From: Bacillota bacterium
GTDB taxonomy: Bacteria; Bacillota; Limnochordia; DTU080
DNA: 64,000 nucleotides
Assembly: GCA_012838035.1 (NCBI GenBank)
Contig: DUQB01000028.1
Span: forward strand, 52 to 64,051
Direction of reading: 5' to 3'
Shown here in pieces: positions 40,000 to 50,367 of this stretch. Position numbers and translations under genes: made by a program. Below the pieces are notes generated by a model that searched no databases, had not been told where the DNA came from, and saw only the letters and a program-made list of their open reading frames with translations. Within the stretch, counting starts at the first letter, position 1. The number at the start of each line of letters is the position of its first letter.

Positions 40000-40974
40000 T
40001 TATTGATTCTTCTTTCGATCGACTTGGGCGGCTATGGCCGCCGCATCCTCCTTAGTGTAAGAGGTACCGGCCGCGTTCAGCGCCATGAACACCGCGCCTA
40101 AGGCGGCCTCCCAAGGGAGCGCGCGTGCCTCCAACGCCGGTGCTTTCTGCGCCAATTCCCTACCAAATGCCGTCCGCATCACCTGATGTTTAAACAAACC
40201 GCCGGCCATTACAATAGGCGCGCTCGTAGGCAGCTTCAGTCGGCGATGCACATGCAAGCCTAGTTGTACCAGCTCCGCCGCCGCTTTTTGCACAATTTCC
40301 CGGACTATCGCATCTTCCGCCGCGGCGTCCAAAATCAACGGCGCCAGCCCCGCAATTCTCTCCTTGCGATCCGGCAGCGTCAGCAATGCGCTGGGCAAAT
40401 AATCCGGTCCTGATACCCCCAATTGCGCCAGCACCGCTGGAGCGCAGGACAACTGGGGCATGCGTCCGTCCGCCGCTTTGAGTATGGCCGTTAAAGTCTG
40501 GCGGGAGATGTCATATCCACTGCCCTCATCACCTAACAGCCAGCCCCAACCACCGGCTCGCCGGCGCTGCCCCCCGGCATCTATGCCCACGGCGATGGAA
40601 CCGGTCCCGGCAATAACCACTACACCCGGCTTTCCCAGAGTGCCGGCATACAATGATATGTAACCATCATTCTCAATGATCAACCGCTTCGCTAGGCCGC
40701 GTCGCTGCAGCGCGGCATAAACCTCTTCCGCCTCTTGCAAACGTCCTACCCCGGCTGCGCCCAAACACAGCGCTTCCGCCGGTCCGCTTACTTCACCTAA
40801 GGCGGCTGCAACCACCTCACAAATCCGGTCGGCCAAACCTTCCGCGCCTACGGTATAGAAGTTCCCCGGCCCTGCTACGCCTGTACCAAGCAGAAGACCG
40901 GCTGTAGTAACAGCCCAGCAGCGCGTGGAGGTTCCCCCGGCGTCAACGCCGAGTACATAAGGGTCTATTGCCAC
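40000..40974 (-). CDS. BadF/BadG/BcrA/BcrD-type ATPase, N-acetylglucosamine/MurNAc kinase family (MurK-like)
   Basis: YVLGVDAGGTSTRCWAV phosphate-1 motif with an ASKHA fold. It sits immediately downstream of murQ. Confidence 0.7.
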   Translation of the reverse strand: MAIDPYVLGVDAGGTSTRCWAVTTAGLLLGTGVAGPGNFYTVGAEGLADRICEVVAAALGEVSGPAEALCLGAAGVGRLQEAEEVYAALQRRGLAKRLIIENDGYISLYAGTLGKPGVVVIAGTGSIAVGIDAGGQRRRAGGWGWLLGDEGSGYDISRQTLTAILKAADGRMPQLSCAPAVLAQLGVSGPDYLPSALLTLPDRKERIAGLAPLILDAAAEDAIVREIVQKAAAELVQLGLHVHRRLKLPTSAPIVMAGGLFKHQVMRTAFGRELAQKAPALEARALPWEAALGAVFMALNAAGTSYTKEDAAAIAAQVDRKKNQ

Positions 40975-41242
40975 TCACTACACCTCATTGCTCTTAGAAT
41001 CAAACCGGCAAGACAACCTGTGATCAGCGATGTCGCCGCCTAGATAAAACCAACTCAAGGCGTAACGCCATTAAATAAAAAAAGTTCACAAGGACTTTTT
41101 CCCTAGCCAGGGAAAACATCCTGCAGATACTTGCAACTAATGCGGCACACGATTACAGCCGTTTGTTCTTTGCGGTTACGCCCTCCAACGTGCTGATCGC
41201 CTACATCCCCAGTTCTCTACCGGCAAACTTACCAATAAAGGT

Positions 41243-42433
41243 GTGACATCCGTGTGGCCTTGGTTAGAACATCCCAAACCTGTGCAATTGGGCATTGAAG
41301 TGGCTAGAGAGAATCTACCACCGGTAATGCGCGGGCAGCTGGGTCTAGTTACCAATCACGCCGGTGTAGATTCCCGCCTGCAACATGATATAGAAACCTT
41401 ATCTTCCTTGCCGGGCGTGCAGTTGACCGCCTTGTTCAGCCCCGAGCATGGTTTACGCGGCGATGCGCAGGCGGGCGATCACGTACAAAGCAGCGTAGAT
41501 CCGCAAACCGGTCTCCCTATCTACAGCTTGTATGGCGAGATCAATACCCCTACCGCCCAAATGCTGGAAAATCTCGACGCCTTAATAATCGATCTCCCAG
41601 ATGCAGGTGCCCGCTACTGGACTTATATCTATACGATGGCGCGCTGTATAAAAGCTTGTGGTGAACACCAATTGCCCGTAGTCGTGTTGGACCGCCCCAA
41701 CCCCATAGGCGGATTGCGAGTTGAAGGTAATATACAACAGCCTGACTTTCTCTCCTCCGTTGGTCTGTATCCGTTACCGATACGACATGGCTTCACCATG
41801 GGCGAGTTAGCCGCCTACTTCAATACAGCGTACGGCTTGCATGCAGAACTGACGGTGGTACCGTGTTCCGGCTGGCAACGCGCCATGTTACTCTGCGATA
41901 CCGGTTTGCCATATGTACCTGGTTCCCCCAATACGCCGACTTTGGAGAGTCTGTTACTTTATCCGGGTACTTGCCTGTTCGAAGGCACGACGCTATCTGA
42001 AGGACGAGGCACGACAAAACCATTTGAGATCATCGGCGCTCCTTGGGTAAACGGCTCCACATGGGCAAAAGCGCTCAATGCGCTTCATTTGCCGGGAGTC
42101 CTGTTCAGGCCGGCATATTTTAAACCTTTGTTCTCAAAACACCAAGGGAAAGCGTGTAGCGGCGTACAGATCCATATTGGTCAACCGCACGCAGTAGAAG
42201 CCGTGATGATAGGCGTGCATATGATCGTTACGCTAAAGCGCTTATATCCCGAGCATTTTGACTGGCGGCCGCCTTACCGCCGGGGAGGCAGGTATTTTAT
42301 CGATTTACTAACCGGGACGGATCAATTTAGAAGACAAATCGACGCAGGAGTCGGCGCAGAAGAGATCCTGACGGACTGGGAACATCAGAGTAGGGCTTTT
42401 CGAGCGAAGTACGACGCACTATTGCTCTATTGA
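41243..42433 (+). CDS. namZ: DUF1343-family exo-beta-N-acetylmuramidase (NamZ/YbbC-like)
   Basis: LGLVTNHAGVD ... LTALFSPEHG motifs characteristic of DUF1343/NamZ. The start is a GTG per the track. Confidence 0.7.
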   Translation: MTSVWPWLEHPKPVQLGIEVARENLPPVMRGQLGLVTNHAGVDSRLQHDIETLSSLPGVQLTALFSPEHGLRGDAQAGDHVQSSVDPQTGLPIYSLYGEINTPTAQMLENLDALIIDLPDAGARYWTYIYTMARCIKACGEHQLPVVVLDRPNPIGGLRVEGNIQQPDFLSSVGLYPLPIRHGFTMGELAAYFNTAYGLHAELTVVPCSGWQRAMLLCDTGLPYVPGSPNTPTLESLLLYPGTCLFEGTTLSEGRGTTKPFEIIGAPWVNGSTWAKALNALHLPGVLFRPAYFKPLFSKHQGKACSGVQIHIGQPHAVEAVMIGVHMIVTLKRLYPEHFDWRPPYRRGGRYFIDLLTGTDQFRRQIDAGVGAEEILTDWEHQSRAFRAKYDALLLY

Positions 42434-42488
42434 CTTCATAGCCTGTGTATTAACGTATCTGTTCTTTTGCTTTTGGAGGTTACGGCTC

Positions 42489-43592
42489 ATGCGGACGCTG
42501 CGACATGGTACGCCGACAGAAGCGGATGTGCACCCCGGGCAGTTGGAGAAGGCCTATGAGGTGATCCACCGCTTTGTTGAGGAACGGCGCATACCCGGCG
42601 CCGTGATTGCCATCGGCCGTCATGGAGTGCTGATAGGACCGCGCGCCTTTGGCTATGCGGCTTGGGAGCCCCAAAAGGTTCTCCTCTCCCCAGATGCCGT
42701 GTATGACTTGGCTTCCGTTACTAAAGTGGTGGCCACGACCAGTTGCGCCTTAATGCTGTTGGAACGCGGAGTGTGGCGTTTAGATGACAACGTCCGCCTT
42801 TTTGTACCCGAGTTCGCACACGACGACGTGCGTATTCGCCACCTACTCACCCACACCTCAGGTTTACCGGCGTGGCGCGCCCTTTACAAAAGAGCATCTA
42901 CCCCGGAAGCGATGATACATGCACTGTTTAGGACACCACTGGAGTATCCTACCGGAACAAAGGTGGTTTACAGCTGTTTAGGTTATATTCTGTTAGGTTT
43001 GGCGATTGAACGGATCAGCGGACTCACCTTGCACGAGTTTACGCAGCAGGAGTTGTTTGTGCCGTTGAACATGCAGGATACGGGCTATCTACCGGATCCA
43101 GAGCATTGTGAGCGCGCGACGCCCACCGAAGTGGATCCACGCACCGGGCTGTTTAAACAAGGCATCGTACATGACGAAAATGCGTGTCATCTTGGCGGAA
43201 TCAGCGGTAATGCCGGCTTATTTAGTACAGCGGCGGACTTAGCCGTATTCTGTCAGCTGTACCTTAATCTAGGGACCTACGGCTCAGCTCGCATCTTCTC
43301 ACCGCATACGATAGACCTCGCGACGCAAAATCACACGGCGCATCTTAATGCCGCACGCGGCTTAGGTTGGGTTGTAAAAGGTCAAGATCACTTCTCTTCT
43401 GCCGGTGACCTATTCTCACCACAAGCTTACGGGCATACCGGCTTTACGGGAACGTCGCTATGGATTGATCCAGTGCGGGATCTCTTTTTGGTGCTGCTTA
43501 CAAATGGCGTGCACCCCAAACGAGACGCAAGTCACCACATCCGTCTGCGCCCATTGGTGGCCAATGCAGTGGCTGCGGCCCTACTACGCTAA
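42489..43592 (+). CDS. Beta-lactamase-fold serine hydrolase, AmiE/YbbE-like MurNAc-peptide amidase
   Basis: SVTK (SxxK) active-site motif and class-C beta-lactamase/esterase-like fold. Its position after namZ mirrors the B. subtilis amiE locus. Confidence 0.65.
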   Translation: MRTLRHGTPTEADVHPGQLEKAYEVIHRFVEERRIPGAVIAIGRHGVLIGPRAFGYAAWEPQKVLLSPDAVYDLASVTKVVATTSCALMLLERGVWRLDDNVRLFVPEFAHDDVRIRHLLTHTSGLPAWRALYKRASTPEAMIHALFRTPLEYPTGTKVVYSCLGYILLGLAIERISGLTLHEFTQQELFVPLNMQDTGYLPDPEHCERATPTEVDPRTGLFKQGIVHDENACHLGGISGNAGLFSTAADLAVFCQLYLNLGTYGSARIFSPHTIDLATQNHTAHLNAARGLGWVVKGQDHFSSAGDLFSPQAYGHTGFTGTSLWIDPVRDLFLVLLTNGVHPKRDASHHIRLRPLVANAVAAALLR

Positions 43593-43635
43593 AAACACCT
43601 AGCGCTATACCCATCGACCTAAAAGACGCCTTTCA

Positions 43636-45372
43636 TCATGGAGCCTGATATAAACCCGGCAGAGAGACCGGCAGCAGACCTTTAGCCTCCGCTTTACCTG
43701 TCAATACGGCGGCTACTGCGGCCAAGGTCTCCGGATTAGCGCTGTAAGCAGCCAAATAGGTGCCCACAGAAGGGAACTTGATTAGATCATAAGGCTCGCG
43801 CAGAGCGATCACAATGGGCTCCCTACCGGCAGCGATCAAGTCTTGTACCAGTTGTACCTGCCCGGAATATGCCGTAGCCCAGGCGTAGTAAGTCGCCAGC
43901 ACCACGATGTCGTACCGGGCGGCTTCCGTCACGATTTGCGTAATAGAAGCCTGATCCGGTCTGCTAGGGTAGCTGATCTTACCCACCGTTTCAAGATGGG
44001 AACGTAATACGTCAGCCAATACCACGCTGGGATGATCAGCATCCTCGGCGGCAGAGACGCCGCTAATGGACGGCGCAACCACGAGTATTCGCTGCTTCTT
44101 TTCCAACGGCAGGCGCTTATTCTGGTCACGCACCAGCGTGATCGCAGCCAGAGCTGCTTCCTCACTAATCTGTTGAGCCTGGGTTTGCTGCTCCTTGGTG
44201 AGCGGTAGCGCCCAAGATGCCTCATCCCATAGCTGGAAGCGCTGCTTAACCTCCAGTATGCGGCGCAAGGATGTGTCAATGCGCTCCGGGGAGATCATGC
44301 CTTGCCGGGCCGCCTGCGTCAACGCCTCGAACACCTGTACAGCCATGCGCCAGTCGTCAGGCCAGCCGACTAGGACGATATCCGCACCGGCCTGGACGGC
44401 TTTAACAGCGGCTTCACCGACGCCGAAGTTGTTGACAATCGCTTTCATCTCCATGGCATCCGTGATCACTAGCCCGGAAAAACCCAACTCCTGACGCAGA
44501 AGATTGGTAAGCACCTTATCGGATAACGTTGCAGGCAGCCCGGCGGTCGGCTCGATCGCGGGAAAGGTGACATGCGCCGTCATAATGGCATCGGTGCCGG
44601 CAGCAATGACCTCTCTGAAGGGATACAATTCGACTTGCTCCAAACGCTGCCGTTCATGAGGTACCGTAGGTAAAGCGATGTGAGAGTCCTGAGCCGTATC
44701 GCCGTGACCGGGGAAATGCTTTGTTGTAGCCACTACGCCGGCATCGTGCAATCCGGCGACATATGCTGCGCCCAGTTCCGCCACAAGTCGGGGTTGCTCG
44801 CCATATGAGCGAACCCCGATGACCGGGTTGTTCGGATTACTGTTCACATCCACAACAGGGGCGAAATTCATGTTGATGCCCGCCGCTCGCATCTCTCGTC
44901 CCATAGCTTCCGCCACACGACGGGTTAAGTCAGGCGACCGCGCCGCTCCCAAGGCCATATTGCCCGGATACCGGCGGTCAAAGCGTATGCGTGCGACATA
45001 GCCGCCTTCCTGATCGACGGCAATAAACAGTGGAATACCTGCGCCATTCCGGCCGGCCAACATCTGTAACTTTTGCGTTAGGCGAGTCACTTGCTCCGCA
45101 TCGCGAATATTGCGCGTCATCAGTATCACCCCGCCCAGGTGATACTGCTCCACCAGCGTCTTGACTTCTGCACCCGCTTCGTAGCCGGGAAATCCAGCCA
45201 ACACCATCTGACCTATTTTTTGCTCTAAAGTCATGCGCCGCATCAGCACGTCAATGTCGATCTGTTTGGCTTTACCAGTCGGTAGATGCCGCATTGTCCA
45301 TATGGCAAGTACAATGACGGCGATCACCAACAATCCTATCGTCATGTGTCGCCTACCAGCGAAAAACGTCAT
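43636..45372 (-). CDS. nagZ: Beta-N-acetylhexosaminidase, glycoside hydrolase family 3 (NagZ/YbbD-like), membrane-anchored
   Basis: GH3 N-terminal catalytic domain (KHFPGHGDT, GLVITDAMEM) with an N-terminal TM anchor and a strong AAGGAG RBS. Confidence 0.85.
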   Translation of the reverse strand: MTFFAGRRHMTIGLLVIAVIVLAIWTMRHLPTGKAKQIDIDVLMRRMTLEQKIGQMVLAGFPGYEAGAEVKTLVEQYHLGGVILMTRNIRDAEQVTRLTQKLQMLAGRNGAGIPLFIAVDQEGGYVARIRFDRRYPGNMALGAARSPDLTRRVAEAMGREMRAAGINMNFAPVVDVNSNPNNPVIGVRSYGEQPRLVAELGAAYVAGLHDAGVVATTKHFPGHGDTAQDSHIALPTVPHERQRLEQVELYPFREVIAAGTDAIMTAHVTFPAIEPTAGLPATLSDKVLTNLLRQELGFSGLVITDAMEMKAIVNNFGVGEAAVKAVQAGADIVLVGWPDDWRMAVQVFEALTQAARQGMISPERIDTSLRRILEVKQRFQLWDEASWALPLTKEQQTQAQQISEEAALAAITLVRDQNKRLPLEKKQRILVVAPSISGVSAAEDADHPSVVLADVLRSHLETVGKISYPSRPDQASITQIVTEAARYDIVVLATYYAWATAYSGQVQLVQDLIAAGREPIVIALREPYDLIKFPSVGTYLAAYSANPETLAAVAAVLTGKAEAKGLLPVSLPGLYQAP

Positions 45373-45477
45373 GTACTCAGCTCCTTACGGGCCGTTTCGG
45401 CAACTTACGCAACGCTCTCGCCATGACCATCCACCCGGCGTTATCTTGCCCGACTTGGCCATAATCCGGCATGCGGC

Positions 45478-47043
45478 CTAAAAAGCGATAAGATAATCGA
45501 CAGGCGCGTAATCGTCAGTGAGCACCGGTACATCGTGCGTCTGAATGTCCATGGAGATGCGCGTCTCCAGCATTTTCGGCAGGTTACTGGGCAATCTCAT
45601 GGTAGCCGTCATTTCGTTAGCTTTGGCTTGTAAGGCCTGCCAATCAGGCGCTTTATCGCCCTTGACTGCTATGAGTATGATATTTTGCGGTTCATCGTTC
45701 GGTATTCCACCGATGAAGTCCCCGACGGAAAAAGCATATACATAGGGGAACACAGTTGTATAAGTCTTATAAATAGAGCGGAAAAAGCGACTTTTAGGTC
45801 CGGTGAACGCACCAATAATGTTGGCAACAACCACCCCGTCAGGCGTCAATGCATTGAATACTTCGCGTAAGTATTCCTGCGTTGCTAAGTGAAAAGGAAT
45901 CGCGTCGGCAAAGTAGGCGTCGAAGAACAGCAAATCATACTTCTTTTTGGTCTGGTGCAGATATATCCGCCCGTCACGGGCAATGAGACGCAGCATATCG
46001 TCTTCCTTCACCATAAAGTAGGTTTTTGCCACTCGAATGACTTCCGGATCGATATCAGCCGCATCCATAGCTACGCCGGGGTAGTTGACGCGGAAGTTTT
46101 TAGGGACTGAGCCTCCGCCCAGCCCCACCATTAAGACCTCTTTCGCCTCCGGTCGCAACAGCATGCCTAAATGGAAGTATTCGGTATAAGGGAAGATCAG
46201 TTCCAACGGTTTTGTAAGGCTCATGGCGCTCTGCCAAGAGGCGTCGAACTTCAAGAAGCGCAGGCCGCCGCTGTCGACCACGCTGATGTGATGGTAAAGA
46301 CTATCCTTCTCGTAGACTATGGTATCGGCATTGGAGCCAAGGGTACCGGCTTGAGCTTGTCCGCCGACGATGGCTACCAAAAGCAGCAACATCACGGCTC
46401 CTTTACCTTTTTTCCCCTTCTTCTTACCGCCTTTTCGCGGACCTTGCGCAGTGTCTTGCGGTTGCGACTCCTGCTTTTGCGCAAAAAGCCAGACAAGCGC
46501 CGCCGCGACCAACATTATCGCCCCGAGCAGGTAAAGAATCTTGCGGACTCCTATCCAGGTGATGAGAAAGAACGACGTGCCCAAGGTACCTGCAATGCTT
46601 CCCAAGGTAGAGACAGCATACAAGGAACCGGCCGTATTCCCCACCGTGTCGAGTCCTTTCACCTTCAGTTTGATGGCAAACGGGCTGACCATGCCCATGA
46701 ATACGCTTGGTATAAAGAAGAGAACGACGGCAGTGATCAATGGACCAAGACGCGAACCTAAGTCGAGACCGGCAATGAATCGGTTGATCGGTCCCATGAC
46801 CAGCGGCAATAACACGATGCAAAAGCCCGGTATGGCCAAGATAAGAGCCAACATGCGCAGGTAAGGTTTTTTGTCGGCAACAGAGCCGCCAATGGAGTAC
46901 CCCAAGGTGAGTGCAGCCAGAAACACGCTGATTAGGCTACCCCAAACAAATATGGAGTTACCAAAGTAAGGGGCGAGAATTCGACTACCGAGCATTTCCA
47001 ATGACATCAGCACGGCGCCTGAGACAAATACAATGGTTCGCAT
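45478..47043 (-). CDS. Fused multi-TM (MFS-like) and spermidine-synthase-like (polyamine aminopropyltransferase fold) protein
   Basis: An N-terminal domain of about 200 aa with 6-7 TM segments and a Lys/Gly-rich linker, then VLMVGLGGGSVPKNF ... DLLFFDAY (SpeE-like Rossmann). ATG 47043 is preceded by GGAGGAGGA; the track TTG is 47061. Confidence 0.7.
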   Translation of the reverse strand: MRTIVFVSGAVLMSLEMLGSRILAPYFGNSIFVWGSLISVFLAALTLGYSIGGSVADKKPYLRMLALILAIPGFCIVLLPLVMGPINRFIAGLDLGSRLGPLITAVVLFFIPSVFMGMVSPFAIKLKVKGLDTVGNTAGSLYAVSTLGSIAGTLGTSFFLITWIGVRKILYLLGAIMLVAAALVWLFAQKQESQPQDTAQGPRKGGKKKGKKGKGAVMLLLLVAIVGGQAQAGTLGSNADTIVYEKDSLYHHISVVDSGGLRFLKFDASWQSAMSLTKPLELIFPYTEYFHLGMLLRPEAKEVLMVGLGGGSVPKNFRVNYPGVAMDAADIDPEVIRVAKTYFMVKEDDMLRLIARDGRIYLHQTKKKYDLLFFDAYFADAIPFHLATQEYLREVFNALTPDGVVVANIIGAFTGPKSRFFRSIYKTYTTVFPYVYAFSVGDFIGGIPNDEPQNIILIAVKGDKAPDWQALQAKANEMTATMRLPSNLPKMLETRISMDIQTHDVPVLTDDYAPVDYLIAF

Positions 47044-47107
47044 ATGGATCCTCCTCCTCAAACAGAGCTACGTTGCGGCTTGCGCTACTAAGTATTGCCG
47101 CCCTTTT

Positions 47108-47980
47108 CTAATAACGCTTGTTGGCCACAGCGTCCAAGGTACGATCCAAAGCTGCTACGGTATGATCGTATCTGGCTTGCGCCGTGCCGACGAATAGCAT
47201 ATCGATAATTGCCAACTGCGCAATGCGCGAATTCATGGCGGCGCTGCGAAAGATATTCTCATTAGCTGCTGTAAGCAAGACGATTTGCGCCACTCGAGTG
47301 ATGGGCGAGTTGAGGAAGTTGGTGATACAAATGGTCGTCGCCCCTGTCTGTGCGGCGACATCCAGCGCCTCGACGGTGTCTTTTGTGGAACCACTGTGAC
47401 TAATGGCTATGGCTACATCGTCCGGATTCAGCAGAGCAGCCATCGATGCGGCCATGTGCGGGTCGCAGAATGCATGGCACGACACGTTGATCCGCAACAA
47501 TTTTGTTTCCAGGTCTCGCGCCACGATGCCGGATGCGCCTACACCGTATATATGCACTCTGTCGCCTGCCTTGACGGCCTCAATAGCTTGGGTCAGCGCA
47601 TCCTCATCAAGTATGCGCGCCGTGTCGTCCAAAGTCTGTTTATGCAGGGTAATCACTTGCTTTGTAAGATTCCGCACATCACTATCCACGCCGATGTCGC
47701 CATACATACGTTGCCGTAGTGACGGTAATTCCTGCGCCAAATTGATCTTCATTTCCTGGAACCCGGTATATCCAATGCGTTGGCTGAACTTCACCACAGT
47801 GGCGTCGCTTACCCCGCTGCGACGCGCCACTTCAGTTACCGAGAGCTCTACCACGGCCTCAGGAGCATCTAGAATGTATTGCGCCACTTTTTTCTCCGAC
47901 TGACGCAAACTGGGAAAAGAAGTATGAATCCTCAGGATGCAGCCTTCATTCGGCTTACGACTCATCTCGGCATTGGACAT
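47108..47980 (-). CDS. RpiR/MurR-family transcriptional regulator (HTH_6 + SIS)
   Basis: LRQSEKKVAQYIL...SGVSDATVVKFSQRIGYTGF HTH followed by a SIS domain. The track ORF extends to 48118; the start is more likely M47 (47980). Confidence 0.75.
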   Translation of the reverse strand: MSNAEMSRKPNEGCILRIHTSFPSLRQSEKKVAQYILDAPEAVVELSVTEVARRSGVSDATVVKFSQRIGYTGFQEMKINLAQELPSLRQRMYGDIGVDSDVRNLTKQVITLHKQTLDDTARILDEDALTQAIEAVKAGDRVHIYGVGASGIVARDLETKLLRINVSCHAFCDPHMAASMAALLNPDDVAIAISHSGSTKDTVEALDVAAQTGATTICITNFLNSPITRVAQIVLLTAANENIFRSAAMNSRIAQLAIIDMLFVGTAQARYDHTVAALDRTLDAVANKRY

Positions 47981-48149
47981 ATGCGAGTTCGCCTCCGTCA
48001 TTCTCAAAACGCGCAGCACGCAAATCTGATTCACACTTCTCGCCGCCGCGGCATAATCCTGCCGAAAGCCGTCATCCGGCAAGCTTAAGCACGTACAGCG
48101 AGCATTTGCACGCATCATGGCGCAATAGCAGGTAGCGGGCCCATTCTTG

Positions 48150-50282
48150 TTAGTAAAGCTTGTCTAAGTAAGTTCCTTTAAAGTAATGATCCAGAATTTG
48201 ACTCATGGTATAGCCGCCTTCCGCCATTCCCGATGCTCCATACTGATCCAGTCCTACGCCGTGCCCGAAGCCGCCGCCATAAAACACAAAAGCTGTAGGC
48301 GTCCCTTTCCCGTCGGTAAATGTTTCGACTTTAAACAGATTGCTACGAAGACCGCCAAGCATACTACGGATTGAATCGCCCGATACCGTATAAACACCTT
48401 TGGTTCCCACGATATCTACGGTTAACACATGGCCGCCCTGACCTCTGGTGCGGGCGATTACCTTACGGATGCGCCCAATATCCTTGCGTGCGTTTACTCG
48501 CGCCTCAATTTCACTCGCAGCCACGACGTAGGTCCAGCGGAATGCGCTACGAGTAATAAAGGCAGATTGCGATGAAAACACTTTGGGGACGCCTTTTATC
48601 CAGTTTTCTAAGGCTAATGGCCCCAGGGGAAATTCCGGTCCGGATTCGTGAGAATCCAACTGCGCGCTGAGATAGCTGCGGGCGCCGCCCCATATTTCCA
48701 CCGAAGCCATGCTGTAGCCGCCTGAATTGGACGTGTAATATGTTTCCGCTAATGCCGAGCCATATTTTAGAACTACGCCGGCTGTAGCCTTTACGGCATT
48801 GGTCGTCCGCACGTGCTCCACATCAACGCCGCGGTACTCGGAAGATAGAACCGAACCGGAGACATCAAAGCCGCGGCTTTTGAACCGTCCCAACGAGCGC
48901 AGGGTATAGGTGCGCGCGGCAACTGCCTGAGCCTCCAGCGCCGCTGTAGGCATGGACGCAGGCATTTCGGAAGGAACCACAGACAGTAGATACGACTCCA
49001 GATCGACGATGTTGACCAGCGTCATGCCGCTGCTATCAGCAGTAAGGAGTAATTCAAAAGAACCTCTATAGCGCCGGTGTTCCAGCCTGGCAAAGAAGTA
49101 GCCCTGACCGGTTTCCAAATCATATACCACGGAGGAAAAACCAGGATCGGTGGGGTTAAGTTGCCAAGGCGGCGTACCGGTAACTACAGTGCGACCGTCT
49201 TCACTGCGCAAGGTGATTCGGTTGCCTTGCCGGTGGAACGTCCATGTACCCGCAGGCGCTTTGTAAAGCAACCTGTCCCTCTCCCATATCTCCAGCGGGG
49301 CTCCCCATGCCATGCGCAACTGCTGAACGCCCTCCGTAATCCCCACCCGAATAAGAGGGGCTCCCGGCGTCTCCAAAGGCACGATAGTCGTCGGTTTAAC
49401 TTGATTGCGCTGGGTCAATTGCGCCTGTTCTGCCGAGCGCAATGCTTTTTCATGCTGAGCCAGGAATTGCTGCGCCTTTTCGCGTAGGGCGGCGTCGTTG
49501 GGACGCGTGCGTTGCGCTCGCTGATATGATGCCCACGCCTTGCTGACGTCGCCGGTGATCTCGTAGAGTTGAGCAAGAATGGGGTGAACAGCCGTATAAG
49601 AATTATCTAACTTGAGGGCGCGTTCCAGGGTAGAGACGGCCTCGGTATAACGACCTAACATTGTTAGCGTAACCCCGTACTCCACCTGTAACAACGCATA
49701 GCCGTCATCAAGAGCTACCGCTTTCTGAAACAGACCCAATGCTTCCTGAGGATCGCGTTCTCGCACCGCCATTGCTAAGCCGAACATCGCCTGCACGTTA
49801 TACGGCGTATATGCCAGAGCCTTTTCGAAAGCTTCTTCAGCCTCTCCCCATTGAGCATCAGCATTCAATGCCCAACCGAGATCGCACCACAGCGCACCGT
49901 TGTGCGGATCCAACAACAATGCCTGACGATAAGCGGCGATAGCCGCGACCTGGTCACCCATGTCTTTTCGTATCACGGCCAAATTGCGCCAGGCGAGCAG
50001 CCGCTGCGCGGCATCAGAGGCTATGGTTAAGCTCTCCAGCAGTTTCGCGGTTTGGTCCAGCTCCCCTGCATTGTAGTTTTTAAGCACTTGCTGCCAAATT
50101 GGATGGTCGGTCGGCCAATTGTTCTGAAACTGGGGCGCGTTCAAAGGCATAAGATTTGCGATCGCCGCGTCGGCGCGCTCGCTGGAGGAAAGGAGTTGGC
50201 AGGTAATGCCTGCGAGCAAGGCCATTAAGAGTAACTGGGGGCAGAATCTGCGCAAAAAGAGGAATAGAGAGTCCGATCGCAC
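48150..50282 (-). CDS. TPR-repeat protein with a C-terminal SpoIID/LytB domain
   Basis: N-terminal signal/TM, multiple TPR repeats, and a C-terminal AARTYTL ... YYTSNSGGYS SpoIID signature. Confidence 0.75.
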   Translation of the reverse strand: MRSDSLFLFLRRFCPQLLLMALLAGITCQLLSSSERADAAIANLMPLNAPQFQNNWPTDHPIWQQVLKNYNAGELDQTAKLLESLTIASDAAQRLLAWRNLAVIRKDMGDQVAAIAAYRQALLLDPHNGALWCDLGWALNADAQWGEAEEAFEKALAYTPYNVQAMFGLAMAVRERDPQEALGLFQKAVALDDGYALLQVEYGVTLTMLGRYTEAVSTLERALKLDNSYTAVHPILAQLYEITGDVSKAWASYQRAQRTRPNDAALREKAQQFLAQHEKALRSAEQAQLTQRNQVKPTTIVPLETPGAPLIRVGITEGVQQLRMAWGAPLEIWERDRLLYKAPAGTWTFHRQGNRITLRSEDGRTVVTGTPPWQLNPTDPGFSSVVYDLETGQGYFFARLEHRRYRGSFELLLTADSSGMTLVNIVDLESYLLSVVPSEMPASMPTAALEAQAVAARTYTLRSLGRFKSRGFDVSGSVLSSEYRGVDVEHVRTTNAVKATAGVVLKYGSALAETYYTSNSGGYSMASVEIWGGARSYLSAQLDSHESGPEFPLGPLALENWIKGVPKVFSSQSAFITRSAFRWTYVVAASEIEARVNARKDIGRIRKVIARTRGQGGHVLTVDIVGTKGVYTVSGDSIRSMLGGLRSNLFKVETFTDGKGTPTAFVFYGGGFGHGVGLDQYGASGMAEGGYTMSQILDHYFKGTYLDKLY

Positions 50283-50367
50283 GGGTTCTGTCCTTTCAGT
50301 GGGAATACCATGGATGCATGGTTAAGCGGATGTAACTATGCGGATTAGAACAGTCGGCCCGGTGTGG

